This document shows positions 47,240 to 50,234 of a stretch of 50,234 nucleotides of DNA, piece after piece. The notes under the pieces were generated by a model that saw nothing but the letters and a program-made list of their open reading frames with translations, ran no database searches and was not told the DNA's origin. Every line of letters starts with the position of its first letter. Within the stretch, counting starts at the first letter, position 1. Source of the DNA: a virus (Duplodnaviria > Caudoviricetes); the IMG/VR virus record IMGVR_UViG_3300005805_000124, positions 1-50,234 of that record, one strand, 5' to 3'. Made by a program: the position numbers and the translations under genes.

Positions 47240-48007
47240 TTATTGCAGTATACCAGTATATTCTGGTATGTTTAAAACTGTGTTTACATTTTGCATGGCC
47301 TGTAGTTTTGTTGGTACATGTCTACTAGCATGCCAATGAATTATATGTGCATCGACTGATTTAAATTGATTCCATTGATCCTGTTGTTCTAAGCTAGCCC
47401 AACTTGGAATCCATTGAGCTTGATAAAATAAATCTGGTCGATGTGCTTGTTCCCATGGAATATTTTGACTCCAAAACATAATATTAGCCACTATCTGATC
47501 ATTGCCCCAAGTTTTAGTGGTATTGTCTGTTTCCCAACTAAGATGTAGTTGATCATACAGATCCCATAACTCTTTTTTCATGTTATGTGGAAAGTACATC
47601 ATATCACCATTGAAATAGTTAGGAATTTTTATAGACCATGGATTATTACCATCATTACTTTTAGGATCAGTCCAATTAAACATTCTAAATTCATCAAATT
47701 GATTGAATAACTTAGTAGGTTTTACCATTTGACAATCCGGACCTAATATTAATAAATTGCATGGTTCGCTGTGCCAAAGTTCTCTAATATATTTCCATCC
47801 TAACTTAGCTGCCTGACCTATATGATCTATAGTATCCTGAAAACAAACTTCTTCATATTGATCTTCTAGAAAATGAAAGATACTAGCTCTACTTAGTTGG
47901 TACATACGTTTGTATAGTTCGTATTGATCTCCTTCATCAGCAGTATCTTTCCAACTCCATTTTGTGTCATTGACACGATAGTGCGAACCTATTAGATAAT
48001 TTTTCAT
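47240..48007 (-). CDS. putative GT-A-fold glycosyltransferase
   Basis: LLILGPDC (DxD-like), YFNGDMMYFP, WGNDQ, IIHWH. Confidence 0.55.
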   Translation of the reverse strand: MKNYLIGSHYRVNDTKWSWKDTADEGDQYELYKRMYQLSRASIFHFLEDQYEEVCFQDTIDHIGQAAKLGWKYIRELWHSEPCNLLILGPDCQMVKPTKLFNQFDEFRMFNWTDPKSNDGNNPWSIKIPNYFNGDMMYFPHNMKKELWDLYDQLHLSWETDNTTKTWGNDQIVANIMFWSQNIPWEQAHRPDLFYQAQWIPSWASLEQQDQWNQFKSVDAHIIHWHASRHVPTKLQAMQNVNTVLNIPEYTGILQ

Positions 48008-48008
48008 A

Positions 48009-48968
48009 TTATAAAATTGATTTGTCTAAGTCTTTCAATCCCTGTAATCTATTTGGAAATAGTGGATGAGCTAAATTATAGGGATTATTTCTTTTGAAAA
48101 CACTATTTTTTATTCTTAAAAGTATAGTATTTACCTTTGCCTCTAGATGGTTCGGAAAATCTAAAAATTCTTTTATTTCATTCTTATTTCGTAATAGCAT
48201 ACCTGAATGACAAAGAGTCAACAGCACAATATCAAATTCTAAGTAACTAAATCCAAATTGATCTTCATCGCCTTTACTAATTCCAAGACCGTCGGTAGGC
48301 AATGCTCTTACAGTACTATCGGGAATTCCGTAACTTGCGGCTAATCTGGGCACTTCCCAACTTTTACAAAGACTCTGTATAGGGCCTAAATCTCCCACAT
48401 CACCATGTAAGGTCCAAAATCCGGCTGCAAGTTCACTAAAATTATCTGTACTTGCAACAAGACCGCTATAACTACTAGCCATATTATATAAAGTCATCAT
48501 ACGTAATCTAACTTTTAAGTTAGCACGTCTTAGTCTATTTTCTTTACTATCTATGTCATTATCAAATTGACTAAAATCTTTTAGTAACCTTTTAAAAGAA
48601 TTAGTTAGATCTATCTGCTCGTAGCTTATACCTAATAATTTTGCAACTTCAATTCCGCGTTTAGTTTCGTCGGGATTTTGTTCAATGGGTAAAATAAATG
48701 CTTTTACATTCCAATTAGCTGATTTCAGCATTGCTGCAGTTAGTGCACTATCAACCCCACCGCTGAGTCCAATTATTGCTGTGTTTATATTAAATTTTTG
48801 TTTATAGTCTGTAAGTCCTTGTTCTAATTTCGATCCCATATCTTGTAGTGTATTTAGGTCAGGATAAATTTCTCTATCAATTAAAAAATCTAGTGTAGAC
48901 TCAAACCATGGATCAAGAGGAAACATTTGTTCTTGTCTACTATAATGTAAAATATCTTCTTTAGACAT
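48009..48968 (-). CDS. nadE: NH3-dependent NAD+ synthetase
   Basis: IGLSGGVDS, NLKVRLRM, TDNFSE, TLHGD, PTDGL, DEDQFG. Confidence 0.88.
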   Translation of the reverse strand: MSKEDILHYSRQEQMFPLDPWFESTLDFLIDREIYPDLNTLQDMGSKLEQGLTDYKQKFNINTAIIGLSGGVDSALTAAMLKSANWNVKAFILPIEQNPDETKRGIEVAKLLGISYEQIDLTNSFKRLLKDFSQFDNDIDSKENRLRRANLKVRLRMMTLYNMASSYSGLVASTDNFSELAAGFWTLHGDVGDLGPIQSLCKSWEVPRLAASYGIPDSTVRALPTDGLGISKGDEDQFGFSYLEFDIVLLTLCHSGMLLRNKNEIKEFLDFPNHLEAKVNTILLRIKNSVFKRNNPYNLAHPLFPNRLQGLKDLDKSIL

Positions 48969-49140
48969 GTTGTTTTTTAACCTTTTTAAGTATATCTTTT
49001 CTCATTAGAACAGTTCTTATAGTATCTTTTTTTCTTACCGTAATAAACTCTATACCTTCTATAACTTTAATAGATTTAATATTGTCACAAAGCCATTGCT
49101 CTTTAGTTATGGGATTTTCAAATAATATAGATTGTGGCAT
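48961..49140 (-). CDS. 59-aa hypothetical protein (not in ORF track)
   Basis: MPQSILFENPITKEQWLCDNIKSIKVIEGIEFITVRKKDTIRTVLMRKDILKKVKKQHV; overlaps the nadE start. Confidence 0.6.
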   Translation of the reverse strand: MPQSILFENPITKEQWLCDNIKSIKVIEGIEFITVRKKDTIRTVLMRKDILKKVKKQHV

Positions 49141-49249
49141 GATAAACTCTCTTAATAACTAAATTTATTGTGTTGAAAAATTTACTATAAATTAACTTCT
49201 GCCTATAGTTTTCTTTATAATATCTATATATAAGCTTACAGAATACTGT

Positions 49250-49888
49250 TTATTTGATACCAACAACTTCCACTACAACTCTTCGATTTTTAGCGCGGCC
49301 TGCTGCAGAGCGATTATCTGCCACTGGTTCACGTTCGCCTTTACTCAAAGTTTGAATCTTGTTAGCTTCGATACCGTTTGATATTAGGTATGCTTTCACT
49401 GCCTGTGCACGCCTCATACCTAATTTCATATTGTATGCATCAGATCCGATACTATCGGTATGTCCAATAACAATAACAATATCATATTTTGTCTGCGTTC
49501 CATTTAGACTAGTGATAAATCCATTAAGCATCTGTCTGCCTTCGGGTTTAATAGTACTTTTATCAAAGTCAAATAGTGTTTCGGCCTGCATAGTAATTTT
49601 AGTTGTAGTTTTTGTAGTAGATGGAATAGGAGCAGCTGGCGCTGGAGTAGGTACTACAATATTAGGTAGTGTTTTAGGCACTTGAATTGCTTGAGGTTTA
49701 GGAGTGATATCTGGTGCGCATTCTGGATGAGCAGTTGCAGGTGTCCATACTCCATTTCGAACACAATTGCCTGCACTATCTCTAACCGGTTTGTCATTAG
49801 TACTAACCCAATTATCTTTTGCAATTACTGGCGAAGAAATAATCGATATACAAAGTATTACTGTTCGAAGTTTATTTAAATTTTTCAT
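49250..49888 (-). CDS. ompA: OmpA/RmpM-family peptidoglycan-binding protein (betaproteobacterial type)
   Basis: Signal peptide, NW...C.R...WTPATA..C, Pro-Ala linker, LFDFDKS, GHTDSIG, RRAQAV, NRRV. Confidence 0.9.
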   Translation of the reverse strand: MKNLNKLRTVILCISIISSPVIAKDNWVSTNDKPVRDSAGNCVRNGVWTPATAHPECAPDITPKPQAIQVPKTLPNIVVPTPAPAAPIPSTTKTTTKITMQAETLFDFDKSTIKPEGRQMLNGFITSLNGTQTKYDIVIVIGHTDSIGSDAYNMKLGMRRAQAVKAYLISNGIEANKIQTLSKGEREPVADNRSAAGRAKNRRVVVEVVGIK

Positions 49889-49904
49889 AGTATTCCCTTA
49901 TCGA

Positions 49905-49926
49905 ATAAAAAGGGCCCGAAGGCCCT
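49905..49926 (-). terminator. intrinsic terminator of the tmRNA gene
   Basis: AGGGCC-TTCG-GGCCCT followed by TTTT. Confidence 0.85.
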
Positions 49927-50234
49927 GGTGTGTTGGGTTACAAGGTCTTTCCTACCCCGTGAAGTTTAAGCGGCTAGCTTAAGGTCTCCATAAAATGCAT
50001 CATCATTTGCATTTACTTTTTTTGCTTCTCTTACGGAGAACGCCTATCGTGTTGTCCAGTCATCTATTACACGCCAATCGATACCATGGCCGGCCCATCA
50101 AAAGCATTCTAAACTCTTTCTCATCCACTGAACGATTGTCATCAGATACTTGAGGAGAACGCTTTTGGTGGACCGAAGGGGAGTCGAACCCCTGTCTTGC
50201 TCGTCTTTCGACTTCCTTCATACAACAATAACTT
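49927..50234 (-). ncRNA. ssrA: circularly permuted (two-piece) tmRNA; 5' end at or near the window edge
   Basis: T-arm AGGGG-TTCGACT-CCCCT and TCGGTCC-A-CCA (CCA at 50168-50166) precede GGGCCGG (starting 50096); G3-U70 pair; tag ANDDAFYGDLKLAA* at 50010-49966. Confidence 0.92.

Noticed and set aside
34108-49888. Host chromosomal DNA or prophage boundary
   Set aside because: Same strand, AT-richness and tight overlaps as the phage genes, with phage-type small ORFs interspersed and no integrase or att site seen. A read-level check is still advisable.
1032-49982. Plus-strand ORFs in the track other than 14036..14410 (e.g. 1032..1385, 4216..4545, 7237..7626, 26184..26585, 30037..30462, 49359..49685, 49767..49982)
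   Set aside because: They are antisense shadows of well-supported minus-strand genes or the tmRNA, with no recognisable motifs.
50166-50200. tRNA gene
   Set aside because: T-arm and CCA are present, but no anticodon or D arm lies upstream; the pairing 5' strand is downstream, as in a permuted tmRNA.
1-50234. Stop-codon reassignment as in some jumbo phages
   Set aside because: Conserved enzymes are full-length in the standard code, and TAA, TAG and TGA all end genes.

Overview
This is a 50-kb segment of a large, AT-rich, T4-like (probably jumbo) phage genome, transcribed almost entirely on the minus strand. From left to right it holds: late/virion genes under TAAATA-type late promoters; gp41-like helicase and gp61-like primase; tail-fibre and lectin-fold genes; a 188-aa miniature DnaE-like protein; ADP-heptose genes; gp62-like and UvsW-like genes; a hyperplastic early region (about 22.5-33.7 kb) with nine sigma70-type promoter cassettes; a 14-kb sugar-biosynthesis and TRAP-transporter operon; nadE; a betaproteobacterial-type ompA; and a circularly permuted two-piece tmRNA. 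The most unusual structure is at 26.1-28.0 kb. Paralogous MNERI...FAELIVREC...HFGVxE mini-genes alternate with unrelated small cargo ORFs, three of them absent from the ORF track. Each repeat unit carries the Shine-Dalgarno for the next gene, and its conserved blocks are mutually complementary, which suggests a cassette-shuffling system. All calls come from reading motifs by eye; no database searches or folding programs were run.
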